Assembly: GCA_038845975.1 (NCBI GenBank)
Contig: JAWBQF010000002.1
Span: forward strand, 64,001 to 128,000
DNA from: Candidatus Methanomethylicia archaeon
Lineage (GTDB): Archaea; Thermoproteota; Methanomethylicia; CALHIW01
DNA length: 64,000 nucleotides
Reading direction: 5' to 3'
Position 1 is the first letter of the stretch, and each line of letters opens with the position of its first letter. The position numbers were made by a program, and so were the translations under genes. This document shows positions 1 to 8,650 of the stretch, piece after piece. The notes beneath the pieces were generated by a model. The model was not told the DNA's origin and made no database searches. It saw nothing but the letters and a program-made list of their open reading frames with translations.

Positions 1-729
1 TTGACAGCTAGAATACTTAGTGTTAATGAGGCTGTAAGCTATGTTGATGAAATTGTGAAAAGAGATATTAGACTTAAAGTTATTGCTGTAGCTGGACCTG
101 GTGAGCCGTTATACAATAGGGAGACTTTTAATACTTTAAAAATAATTCATGAAAAATATCCTGATAAGATTATTTGTATAGCTACAAATGGACTTTCCTT
201 ACCTGAAAATATAGAAAGGCTTAAAAGCATTGGTGTAAAAACATTAACAATAACCATTAACACTATTAATCCTGAAGTTGCTTCTAAAATATATGAATAT
301 GTAATTATTAACGGTAAAAGGAGGAATGATATTGAGGCATATAGGGTTTTCATATTAAACCAGCTTAGGGGATTAGAGGCGGCAGTTAATGCTGGAATAA
401 CTGTTAAAGTAAATACGGTGTTAATACCTGAAGTAAACATGAATCATGTAGTTGAAGTAGCTAGAAAGACTGCTGAGCTTGGAGCATACATTCAAAACAT
501 AATACCTCTAATTCCACTATATAGATTTAGAAGACTTAGAACACCAACATGTGGGGAGCTTAGATTAATTCGTGAAGAATGTGAGAAATATATTAGACAG
601 TTTCGTCTATGTAAGATGTGTAGAGCTGATGCTTACGGTATACCTGGATTAGAAAGTAGCTACGTAAGCACACTATATAAGAACTACATGCTACTATTAC
701 ATGCTGGATATAGATCATTCCACGGCTAA
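1..729 (+). CDS. NifB-like radical SAM protein (5' part probably outside the window)
   Basis: Motifs AGPGEPL, IATNG, VKVNTVLIPEVN, NIIPLIP and C-terminal CKMCRADA are typical of NifB-type radical SAM domains. The CxxxCxxC motif is absent, consistent with truncation at the window edge. Confidence 0.8.
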   Translation: MTARILSVNEAVSYVDEIVKRDIRLKVIAVAGPGEPLYNRETFNTLKIIHEKYPDKIICIATNGLSLPENIERLKSIGVKTLTITINTINPEVASKIYEYVIINGKRRNDIEAYRVFILNQLRGLEAAVNAGITVKVNTVLIPEVNMNHVVEVARKTAELGAYIQNIIPLIPLYRFRRLRTPTCGELRLIREECEKYIRQFRLCKMCRADAYGIPGLESSYVSTLYKNYMLLLHAGYRSFHG

Positions 730-864
730 CTAATACTATAACTTAATATTAAACTTATAAAACAATGCTAGCAATCTATGGTTAGCTGAAGAAAATATTA
801 AGTTTACTTTATGAAGATTTAGTATTAGTTTTCCTCCTCATATTTTTGTATGTATACTTGTATT

Positions 865-2337
865 TTAGCTAATTTGCTTAGTATTCGGGTTAAGTTTTCC
901 CTTATATGGAAGAATGCAGCCCATACCTTTATTACCGCCTAGAGGATTCTGCGGGTTTCCAAATGCGTGCATGCATTTAGCCATTACAGCTGCTCCAAGT
1001 GCTAATCCATCTTCAACAAATACAACCATATCTTCAACTTTAAGGCTTTTATAAAGGTTTAAGTCATCAATGTATTTAAGGATAATTTTAGGTTTAAATC
1101 CTGTTATACCTGCTCTACCAGTAATTCCAATACTGTATTTTTCAGATATTATTCCACTAGATATTAGAATTTCAATTATTCTTTTTACAGCTATTGATTG
1201 AACGAAATCAAGAATTAATGGCATATTATTTGAGCCATAGTCTTCAATAAACTGTCTTCCAAGATCTCTAAGTTTAGGTATTTGATCACCATTATAACCA
1301 ATATCGCATCCAATAAGTAAAATATTTGCTTTAAAGGCAGCTGTTGAATTTATAGGTATCATTCCATATTTAAATACACCGGGAGGTATCTTTTCAATTC
1401 TAACATATTTATGTACTTCATTAGCTAGCTGTTCGGCAACTTCAAATTCTTCTATACTCTTAGCATTATGATGGGGGAATTCAATTACACTATCATATCC
1501 AGCTCCCTGAATAATGGAGTCACTAATAGCTCCACCTAGACCAGTTATGCTACCAATAGTTTCACCGTATGGTAGACAATCATTAATTACCCTACCTTTA
1601 AGAGTTGTTCCGAAATCCATTGTAATAACTGGATTCCTGAAATCAACATTAATCAATTTAGCACCTATCTTAATACCTGCTGTAGATAGTTCAGCCTCCA
1701 TTTCATTAGCCATTATTTCACTATAGGATTTAGGTGGTAGAGAACCGGCAATAGCTCCAGTAAATTGGGAGAGATTAAGTTTAGAGTATTCTCTAATGTT
1801 TAACGGTATATATTCCTTGGTAAGAGGAGCAATCATTCTTGATGGATGAATTTTAGCTTTTAAACATCCCTTAGCTAATGCCTTAATCATTCTACCAACT
1901 TCTTCAGGTGTATTGAAGCTTGATGTAACACCAGTAGATCTAACAACAAAGTGTATATCGTCAATACTTAAACCAGAACTAACTACTGTTTCAGTAATTA
2001 TATCTGCTATAAACTCAGCAATGGATTCTTCTGATAGTGGCTTACCCCATAGGGTTCTACTGAAAACATCTTCTCCAGCTTTAGGATTTCTAGCTTCCTT
2101 AGTTAACTTAACAGTTTTTCTAACGAGATATGTTCTACCAGTTTTTAAATCAGTAGCGGTTACAATACATTTAGTTGTAGTATTACCAAGTTCTACAGAT
2201 ACAACTATGAAGAGAGGGGGTTTGTATGTATTCTCTATACTTGATCTTTCTAGGCCTAAAATTTCACTAATACTATGGTATTTACTACGTGTAATTTTGG
2301 GATTGTATTTATCATATGGATTTCTTTTAAAAAACAA
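865..2337 (-). CDS. Methanogenesis marker protein 14 (DUF2114 family)
   Basis: Motifs SVELGNTTTKCI, HFVVRSTGV, ANEMEAELSTAGIK, DFGTTL and FVEDGLALGAAVMAKCM. Lies directly downstream of mtrH, a usual position for this family. Confidence 0.88.
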   Translation of the reverse strand: MFFKRNPYDKYNPKITRSKYHSISEILGLERSSIENTYKPPLFIVVSVELGNTTTKCIVTATDLKTGRTYLVRKTVKLTKEARNPKAGEDVFSRTLWGKPLSEESIAEFIADIITETVVSSGLSIDDIHFVVRSTGVTSSFNTPEEVGRMIKALAKGCLKAKIHPSRMIAPLTKEYIPLNIREYSKLNLSQFTGAIAGSLPPKSYSEIMANEMEAELSTAGIKIGAKLINVDFRNPVITMDFGTTLKGRVINDCLPYGETIGSITGLGGAISDSIIQGAGYDSVIEFPHHNAKSIEEFEVAEQLANEVHKYVRIEKIPPGVFKYGMIPINSTAAFKANILLIGCDIGYNGDQIPKLRDLGRQFIEDYGSNNMPLILDFVQSIAVKRIIEILISSGIISEKYSIGITGRAGITGFKPKIILKYIDDLNLYKSLKVEDMVVFVEDGLALGAAVMAKCMHAFGNPQNPLGGNKGMGCILPYKGKLNPNTKQIS

Positions 2338-2346
2338 TACTATTCA

Positions 2347-3306
2347 CTACTTCAATAATACAAGTTTTCTGAATGGATGGTTTTCAATAGGTACTATATC
2401 TTCAAACTCGCTATGTACTGCTTCAGCAACTATGGAGTCAGCCATGGCAATAATTGGGAAGACTAGGGGAGCATTCTCAATAGGTCCATAGAGTATAAAG
2501 TTTCCACCGGTTAAAACCTGGAGAATATTGCTTGCTACATCGCATGTCTTAGCTATTTCCCTACCTTCAGAAATGGATTTTTTAACTTTTTTAAGCCACT
2601 CCCAGGCAGATACTGCGTTATGTATACCACTACCTACGGGAAGACCGAGTTTAGCTTTAATTACATAGGTTGACATTAGGGATGGCCCTGCACCGGAGCC
2701 TAATGGTAGAATAGCTACATCTATGAGTGGTTTAGATATCCCAGTTTCCTTAGCTATTTCCAGTAGTCCTCTAGACGTAACTCCTGGAATGCTCTTAGTT
2801 AATAAGTCAATTTTACCCTTAACAGTTATATCTTTAGGATTAAACGCAAGAATGATTGAGGCTTTAATTTTAAGACTATTTAAGGTTTTAATCTCTTCAT
2901 CTGTGATTGATGGATTAATAGAATTGTATATTACTTTATCAATTAATCCGATTTCAGCCGCATAATTTACTCCTTCAATTCTTGTTTTAGCATCTGTTGA
3001 ATCGACTAGAAATGGTGTTTTAGATATTGAAGATATGAAGTCTATATATTTCTTCATAGCTTCAGGAGATTCGGAGAAGACTTGTATAAGATGTGGATTA
3101 CCTGTAATATCGGATATTTCCTCCTGCTTCTTGATAAGTGATTCGGCTATAGCTTTATCGAAAATACCCTTTCTAGGATCTGAAACAATTTTATGACCTC
3201 CATAAAATATTGTACCAGCAAGAACTGTTGGATATTCTCCTGGTTGACCTCCAATTTTAACATTACCAATTTCAAAAACAGCCTGCTCCCTACTAAACTT
3301 AAACAT
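2347..3306 (-). CDS. mtrH: Tetrahydromethanopterin S-methyltransferase subunit H
   Basis: N-terminus MFKFSREQAVFEIGNVKIGGQPGEYPTVLAGTIFY, plus GLPVGSGIHN, LYGPIENA and the C-terminal HPF motif. Last mtr gene of the operon. Confidence 0.96.
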   Translation of the reverse strand: MFKFSREQAVFEIGNVKIGGQPGEYPTVLAGTIFYGGHKIVSDPRKGIFDKAIAESLIKKQEEISDITGNPHLIQVFSESPEAMKKYIDFISSISKTPFLVDSTDAKTRIEGVNYAAEIGLIDKVIYNSINPSITDEEIKTLNSLKIKASIILAFNPKDITVKGKIDLLTKSIPGVTSRGLLEIAKETGISKPLIDVAILPLGSGAGPSLMSTYVIKAKLGLPVGSGIHNAVSAWEWLKKVKKSISEGREIAKTCDVASNILQVLTGGNFILYGPIENAPLVFPIIAMADSIVAEAVHSEFEDIVPIENHPFRKLVLLK

Positions 3307-3314
3307 TAAACCAC

Positions 3315-3542
3315 CTAGATTAATCCTAATAAATACTTAAGGATAATAGTTATTATGAATCCAGATAATATACCATAAATAAAGCCAATATGCATCCCTA
3401 TCTTTAAACCTTCTCTTTGAGATATTTCACCTAAGACAAATTCTACACGTTCATCTATCATGTTTAACTTATCTATTAAAGCTTTAAACTCATCTATTGG
3501 AGCAACTGTAACAGGTATTGTTTGTATTTCATCTTTAACCAT
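3315..3542 (-). CDS. mtrG: Mtr subunit G
   Basis: IDERVEF..GEISQREGLKIG..IGFIYG followed by a C-terminal TM helix. Lies before mtrH and has an AGGTGG RBS. Confidence 0.92.
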   Translation of the reverse strand: MVKDEIQTIPVTVAPIDEFKALIDKLNMIDERVEFVLGEISQREGLKIGMHIGFIYGILSGFIITIILKYLLGLI

Positions 3543-3550
3543 TTAACCAC

Positions 3551-3754
3551 CTACAAGTAGTGAAGTATAAGCCCAAATAATATAAGTGAAATAGTAATAC
3601 CTACTACAAACCCCTTAACAATTCCTGCATAAAAACCGGAGGCAAACCTTGTTTCACGACCAATCATCATAATTCTAGTTTTAATATCTGATATTCTAGC
3701 CTCAATTATGGATGTTTCAGCAGTATATATTGATTTATCCAGTTTATTAGACAT
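3551..3754 (-). CDS. Small Mtr stalk/membrane-anchor subunit in the mtrF position; sequence resembles a stand-alone MtrA C-terminal helix
   Basis: AETSIIEARISDIKTRIMMIG...SGFYAGIVKGFVVG aligns by eye with the MtrA tail (ETALIEARMRNI..VKMIG...GMYSGKVQGIMIG, recalled). Has its own GGTGA RBS and a single TM helix. Confidence 0.8.
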   Translation of the reverse strand: MSNKLDKSIYTAETSIIEARISDIKTRIMMIGRETRFASGFYAGIVKGFVVGITISLILFGLILHYL

Positions 3755-3758
3755 TTCA

Positions 3759-4496
3759 TCACCATATTATCGTTAAGAGTAGGGTAATGTATAGTAGAAG
3801 GGAGATTAATATACCTATCGATACGCCTAAACCTCTTAAATAGGTAATAGCGCTTGTAAGTCTAAGTGTTCTACCTAGAATTTGAACTCTATACCTAATA
3901 TCTTCAAGAAGCTGCTGAGCATTATCGATTACTGGATTTATAGATCCAGCTAGTGGAATTCTTACAGTAATGGGTTTAGCTATAGCCTCCTCAACCTTAA
4001 TGATTAATGGATCAGCAGGATATGCACCTGGATTCCTTAAGGCAAGATCTTCTATTGTTTTCCTTATTATATTTAAATCCTCAACATTAATAAGATTTAC
4101 AAGCTCTACTTGACTTCTAAATCTCTCAATAGCTTCAGGAGTTAAATGTTCAACGAAAGGTATAGCACCAGGTGCATTTTTAATTTTCTTGCTTTCATCA
4201 ATACCGTTCCTCCATAAAGCCTCAATACTTCCACCAGTAACATGACCAGTAACTTCTACTCCACATATTACTAGAAACCTAATATTAGGGTTTGAAATAA
4301 TGTTTGCAATCATCTTCTCAATTCCAATATTTTCGGTTTTACATGGACCAGCTATTGCAACACCAGGTATTGAAGCTACCTTCTTTACAAGTGCTTCACT
4401 AGATAATAGACATACTGCAACAGGTGCTTTAGGATCTGAAACTATAAATTCACCAGTTACTATAGGCCATTCCTGAGCAGGTTCAACCTTACTCAT
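3759..4496 (-). CDS. mtrA: Mtr subunit A corrinoid domain fused to an MtrF-like C-terminal stalk
   Basis: WPIVTGEF, GPCKTENIGIEKMIANIISNPNIRFL, EVTGH (cobalt-ligand His) and GAIPF. The C-terminus LEDIRYRVQILGR matches the MtrF signature EDI(R/K)YRxQLIGR. Confidence 0.95.
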   Translation of the reverse strand: MSKVEPAQEWPIVTGEFIVSDPKAPVAVCLLSSEALVKKVASIPGVAIAGPCKTENIGIEKMIANIISNPNIRFLVICGVEVTGHVTGGSIEALWRNGIDESKKIKNAPGAIPFVEHLTPEAIERFRSQVELVNLINVEDLNIIRKTIEDLALRNPGAYPADPLIIKVEEAIAKPITVRIPLAGSINPVIDNAQQLLEDIRYRVQILGRTLRLTSAITYLRGLGVSIGILISLLLYITLLLTIIW

Positions 4497-4500
4497 ACAT

Positions 4501-4809
4501 TTACCCTCTTAAGGAGATAAATAGGATAATTAAGCTGAAAACAAGAGACCCAATAAGAAAGCCTAAAGCAATATTACTGAGTAAACCTATACTTCTATAT
4601 AGACCGTTTCTACCAGGTCTTGAGGATACTAGTGGAGATGATTTTGGATTAAGAGATAGGAGAAGTTCTCTTGATAGAAGGTCAAGCTCATCAATAATTT
4701 TGTATAAAGGAGATAAGTTTAAGTAGGCTACATCAGATCTAGATTCTCCAATAAGCTTATAATCTTCATCAAGTACTATATTTATTCTAGAAGATATCAA
4801 TATCGTCAT
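4501..4809 (-). CDS. mtrB: Mtr subunit B
   Basis: SLNP...S.PGR.G motif and C-terminal TM helix (GFLIG). ATGA overlap with mtrC. Confidence 0.9.
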   Translation of the reverse strand: MTILISSRINIVLDEDYKLIGESRSDVAYLNLSPLYKIIDELDLLSRELLLSLNPKSSPLVSSRPGRNGLYRSIGLLSNIALGFLIGSLVFSLIILFISLRG

Positions 4810-5624
4810 TCTAAACCACCTCTACCAGGTATACCTGTCCATAGAGTTGAAGCTGCTTCTCTTCTACATGCATTGTAGAGGCTTATTAATCCATAAATCC
4901 ATATTAATCCCCCAATAGCGATCATTATTATTGCCTCATTAACCATCCATGGCCTTCCAAGTATTCCAGCATTTCCAAGCCTTACAATACCGGATAAACA
5001 TATTGTTACACCGGAAGTTACAGTAGCTATTCTTAAAGTTCTACCCTGCCTTTCATCAGCACCTAAACCTGCATTAAATGGATGGAATATGGCTAATGTT
5101 GAAGCCCAATATATAGCTGCAATAAATCCAGTCCAAAATAATGCTTTAACAACATCATCATTTAAAAAACCATTAAAAACCATCGGTAATAAATCGGTTT
5201 TAGCAACCCCTACTACTAAACATGTAAGTGTTAGGTACCCAGCTAGGGATAACTCAGTAATTAGTCTTGGAAAGTGAGGTATTTTAAGTATTTTAAGCCT
5301 TGATATTATAACGCCAAATATAAAGCCTGTAGCTGCAGCTATTAATACACCTAGTATTGGGCTATACTTTAATCCTACAAGAGAGGAGAGAATACCTATA
5401 CTTACTGAGAGATTACCTATTGATGGAACACCCGTACCTAAACCATAGGATGCGATTCTCCTTACAGTATCAGCTCCCCAAATAATCGATGGAATAGCGA
5501 GTATTGCTGCTAGAGATGGTATACCTAGACATATACTGAGTAAACTTAAAACTATAGCTATAACTGCTAAATAGCTGGAGCTTACTGAAATCCTTTTCTC
5601 AGTTAATACACTAATATGAGTCAT
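4806..5624 (-). CDS. mtrC: Mtr subunit C
   Basis: WGADTVRRIASYGLGTGVPSIG and HPFNA.LG..E...RTL motifs; polytopic membrane protein. Confidence 0.95.
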   Translation of the reverse strand: MTHISVLTEKRISVSSSYLAVIAIVLSLLSICLGIPSLAAILAIPSIIWGADTVRRIASYGLGTGVPSIGNLSVSIGILSSLVGLKYSPILGVLIAAATGFIFGVIISRLKILKIPHFPRLITELSLAGYLTLTCLVVGVAKTDLLPMVFNGFLNDDVVKALFWTGFIAAIYWASTLAIFHPFNAGLGADERQGRTLRIATVTSGVTICLSGIVRLGNAGILGRPWMVNEAIIMIAIGGLIWIYGLISLYNACRREAASTLWTGIPGRGGLE

Positions 5625-5633
5625 AAAACCACC

Positions 5634-6389
5634 TTACAGTATAAACAATAATGTAATACATCCAAAAACTATTGATGCTAGAAAACATGCTAAAGCGGTT
5701 CTCGGAGTATTCTTAAATTTCGGATCCCACCATCCCTCTATAACACCTCTAATCGCATAAGCTGTAATGTTTGCATTGATTAGAAACATTCCAAGTGCTA
5801 TAGTAGCTGCAATAACAATACTTGAAAGAACATTACTACTAGATACTTCAATTAGCTGTGAAAATATAGCTTCTATAGATGGTGTTAAACCTAAGGCTTT
5901 AATTACTAATAGTCTAAATACCGGTATAAAAGTTAATGCTCCACCAAGCCCACCTAGAAAGGCTCCAATAATGCCACTTATAAAGCACGCTGTTGGAATA
6001 CCGTGACCAGTTGTACCTGGTGTAATGTAGATTTTAACATTTTCACCAGTTATTGGATCCTTCTCCCTCGTATATAATGCTGGAGGAACACCACGTCCAT
6101 AAACAGCTAGGAAGTTACATATTAACATTACTGTTGACATCATTATAGCTGAGCTTAAACCTGCATTAACCATAACTATTAATCCATTCTCTCTAAACAA
6201 TACTGCTGACATTAAAATGCCTGTAATTCCGGATCCTGTAAGCATCATTTCAGCGCCTGTAGCGATTCCAGTTGAGGTAAACATAGCTGCTGGAGCTCCA
6301 CCAATAGGTAGAAGCATAGTACCAATGGAGATTAAGATACCTGCAATAGCTATAGCTATTAGGATAATTATCAGTATGAGGAAATCCAT
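5634..6389 (-). CDS. mtrD: Mtr subunit D
   Basis: PIGGAPAAM, KDPITG..YITPGT.GHGIPT.CFISGIIG and IEG..DPKFK motifs. Confidence 0.95.
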   Translation of the reverse strand: MDFLILIIILIAIAIAGILISIGTMLLPIGGAPAAMFTSTGIATGAEMMLTGSGITGILMSAVLFRENGLIVMVNAGLSSAIMMSTVMLICNFLAVYGRGVPPALYTREKDPITGENVKIYITPGTTGHGIPTACFISGIIGAFLGGLGGALTFIPVFRLLVIKALGLTPSIEAIFSQLIEVSSSNVLSSIVIAATIALGMFLINANITAYAIRGVIEGWWDPKFKNTPRTALACFLASIVFGCITLLFIL

Positions 6390-7336
6390 TACTTCCCACC
6401 TTCCAGCTTAATATTCTCCATGTATGGTCCAAACTTTCTACGAGCCCAAACCTCAATCCATCTATTAACTAGGAAAAGCATAAACACTATTACTAACCCT
6501 ATACATACATTTAAAAATACTTGCCCATATATATTACCTAGAAATATTCTAAAATTATCAAATAGTAGAATTAATCCGTAACATAAGCCAGCCATCATAC
6601 TACCATACTTAGTACAGAACCATACAGTATCAATACTATTCCTCCAGCCAAGTTCAGCTTTAATAGTTATATTTCCATAATACTTTGTAGATACACCCTC
6701 TCCATAAACTGTATGCTGGTAAAGTCTTTCACCACCATAGTGAGTATCACCTGTAGAAGATCCTATTGAACCGGAAATAATTCCAAGCATTAATGTAAGC
6801 ATTGGAATTGCTACTGGATAGCCTATATATCTACTAATATCAGCATTAAAGATAATGCTTGTTGAGGCTGTATACATTATATATGATATTGTTAAAATGG
6901 TTAGCGTAACCATGAAACCATGAGTACCTATCAACGGTAAGTGGCTTACTAGAACGTCAATATATATTGGCTGCCCAAATCTTCTCTGACTTGTTATTCT
7001 ACCTAGATAAGCTGTAGTAGCAAACGTCATATGGAATAGTGTTGTTAAACCACATGATAAAGGTATTGAAATTAATGGATGAATATTCCATCCAAGCCAT
7101 AAAGCTACAAAAATAGTTCCTGCAGTCATACACCACATACCATTCGATACAGGCTCCCCAGATATAGCCTTATTGAAAAATCTATGTATAGTACCTACTT
7201 GCGGTGCAAGCTGTACTTGAGAATTTGGATTACTTTGAGAACCTATATCGGATTCTGCATCCTCAAACCATCCAGCAATAGTAATTAAACCTACAATTAA
7301 TGCTAATACTCCAATAGCTATTAATATAGGCTCCAT
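6389..7336 (-). CDS. mtrE: Mtr subunit E
   Basis: ESDIGSQSNPNSQVQLAPQ, HRFFNKAISGEP, GSSTGD.HYG.ER and RNSID..WFC motifs. Confidence 0.96.
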   Translation of the reverse strand: MEPILIAIGVLALIVGLITIAGWFEDAESDIGSQSNPNSQVQLAPQVGTIHRFFNKAISGEPVSNGMWCMTAGTIFVALWLGWNIHPLISIPLSCGLTTLFHMTFATTAYLGRITSQRRFGQPIYIDVLVSHLPLIGTHGFMVTLTILTISYIMYTASTSIIFNADISRYIGYPVAIPMLTLMLGIISGSIGSSTGDTHYGGERLYQHTVYGEGVSTKYYGNITIKAELGWRNSIDTVWFCTKYGSMMAGLCYGLILLFDNFRIFLGNIYGQVFLNVCIGLVIVFMLFLVNRWIEVWARRKFGPYMENIKLEGGK

Positions 7337-7366
7337 AGCATCGCCTACATTCTAAAACCAGTAGAG

Positions 7367-7380
7367 TTATAAATCTTTCT
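7367..7380 (-). promoter_or_regulatory. BRE-TATA promoter of the mtr operon
   Basis: Minus strand reads AGAAAG-ATTTATAA about 30 nt upstream of the mtrE ATG. Confidence 0.55.
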
Positions 7381-7504
7381 TAACATATAAGACTTCATAG
7401 CTACTATTTTATTCTCCTTAGGGCTTCTTGATAATGTATAATTGGATATTAGCATTACGATTTGTATACCCTAAAATTTAATAATAGGCTACTACAGCTA
7501 GTTT

Positions 7505-8647
7505 GTGGATGGATTAAGTCTATATAGGAATATAGTTGATCTATGTGTTAGCTGTAGATGTGGGAAATGCTTAGATTCATGTCCAATATATAGAGTTGTA
7601 AGAAGGGAGATGGTAAGCCCTAGAGGGAAGCTGAAAGTAATACATGCATACCTTAAAGGGGAAATTTCTCCTTCAGAAAGCTTACTGGAAAGCATAGCGT
7701 ACTGTACCTTATGTTTAGCCTGTGAAGTCAACTGCGGGATAAATAGGTTAACAAGCATGCATATAAGTATGAGTAGGATAATACCCTCCTTTAGATGGGA
7801 GCTTATAAAGAATGGTTATGAGCTTCCACAATATAAATCTATTATAGATGCAGTATGGAAGACTGATAATATATTTGGTGATGTTAACCATAAGTCTAAA
7901 CAGCAAATTCATAGTGGAGATGTTGAAGTTATTTATTGGTCTGGTTGTGTAGCATCAGTTAGGAGAAGAAATATAGATATATCGATAAGCAGTATTTTAA
8001 GTAAGCTTAAAGTAGATTTTAAATCATTAAATAATTTATGCTGTGGATACCCATTATATCAGATAGGTTACTGGAAGGATTTAGAGGCTATAATCGATAA
8101 AAACATGGAAGTCATTAGGAGACTGGATTCGAATACTGTGGTTAGTAGTTGTCCAGCATGCATAGGGTTTATTAGAGATTTTTATCCTAAAATAGTTGAG
8201 GGAAAACTACCGTTTAGGGTTAAGCATATTTCTGAAGTATTTCAAGAATATGTTGAAAGCGGAGATTTAAAGCTAAATTTTGAGGATAGAGATATAGCTG
8301 TAGCTTATCATGATCCATGCCATTTAGCTAGATACTTAAATATTTATGATCAGCCTAGAAATATCTTAAAGAATATGAATATCAATCTTATAGAAATGGA
8401 GAAGAACAAGTTAGAAACTGAATGCTGTGGTGGTGGGGTTAGGTTAGTATTACCTGAATTATCAACAACAATCGCAGCTCAAAGAATTCTTACAATACCT
8501 AAGAATACAAATTACCTATTAACATCATGTCCAACATGTACGATAAATCTAGGTGATGGAGTAACTATTGCTAAGGTGCTTTACGATTTTAATACTGACG
8601 TTAAGGTTATGGATTTAGCTGAATTTATTTGTCAATTCATAAAGTAA
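7505..8647 (+). CDS. HdrD/GlcF-like Fe-S oxidoreductase (2x[4Fe-4S] plus two CCG domains)
   Basis: CRCGKCLDSCP and CTLCLACEVNC ferredoxin motifs; CCG domains SGC..LCCG..SCPAC and HDPC..ECCG..SCPTC. Confidence 0.88.
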   Translation: MDGLSLYRNIVDLCVSCRCGKCLDSCPIYRVVRREMVSPRGKLKVIHAYLKGEISPSESLLESIAYCTLCLACEVNCGINRLTSMHISMSRIIPSFRWELIKNGYELPQYKSIIDAVWKTDNIFGDVNHKSKQQIHSGDVEVIYWSGCVASVRRRNIDISISSILSKLKVDFKSLNNLCCGYPLYQIGYWKDLEAIIDKNMEVIRRLDSNTVVSSCPACIGFIRDFYPKIVEGKLPFRVKHISEVFQEYVESGDLKLNFEDRDIAVAYHDPCHLARYLNIYDQPRNILKNMNINLIEMEKNKLETECCGGGVRLVLPELSTTIAAQRILTIPKNTNYLLTSCPTCTINLGDGVTIAKVLYDFNTDVKVMDLAEFICQFIK

Positions 8648-8650
8648 AGT

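Noticed and set aside
1913-2491. 192-aa + strand ORF and the many other antisense ORFs in the track
   Set aside because: They are shadows of well-supported genes on the opposite strand and have no motifs of their own.
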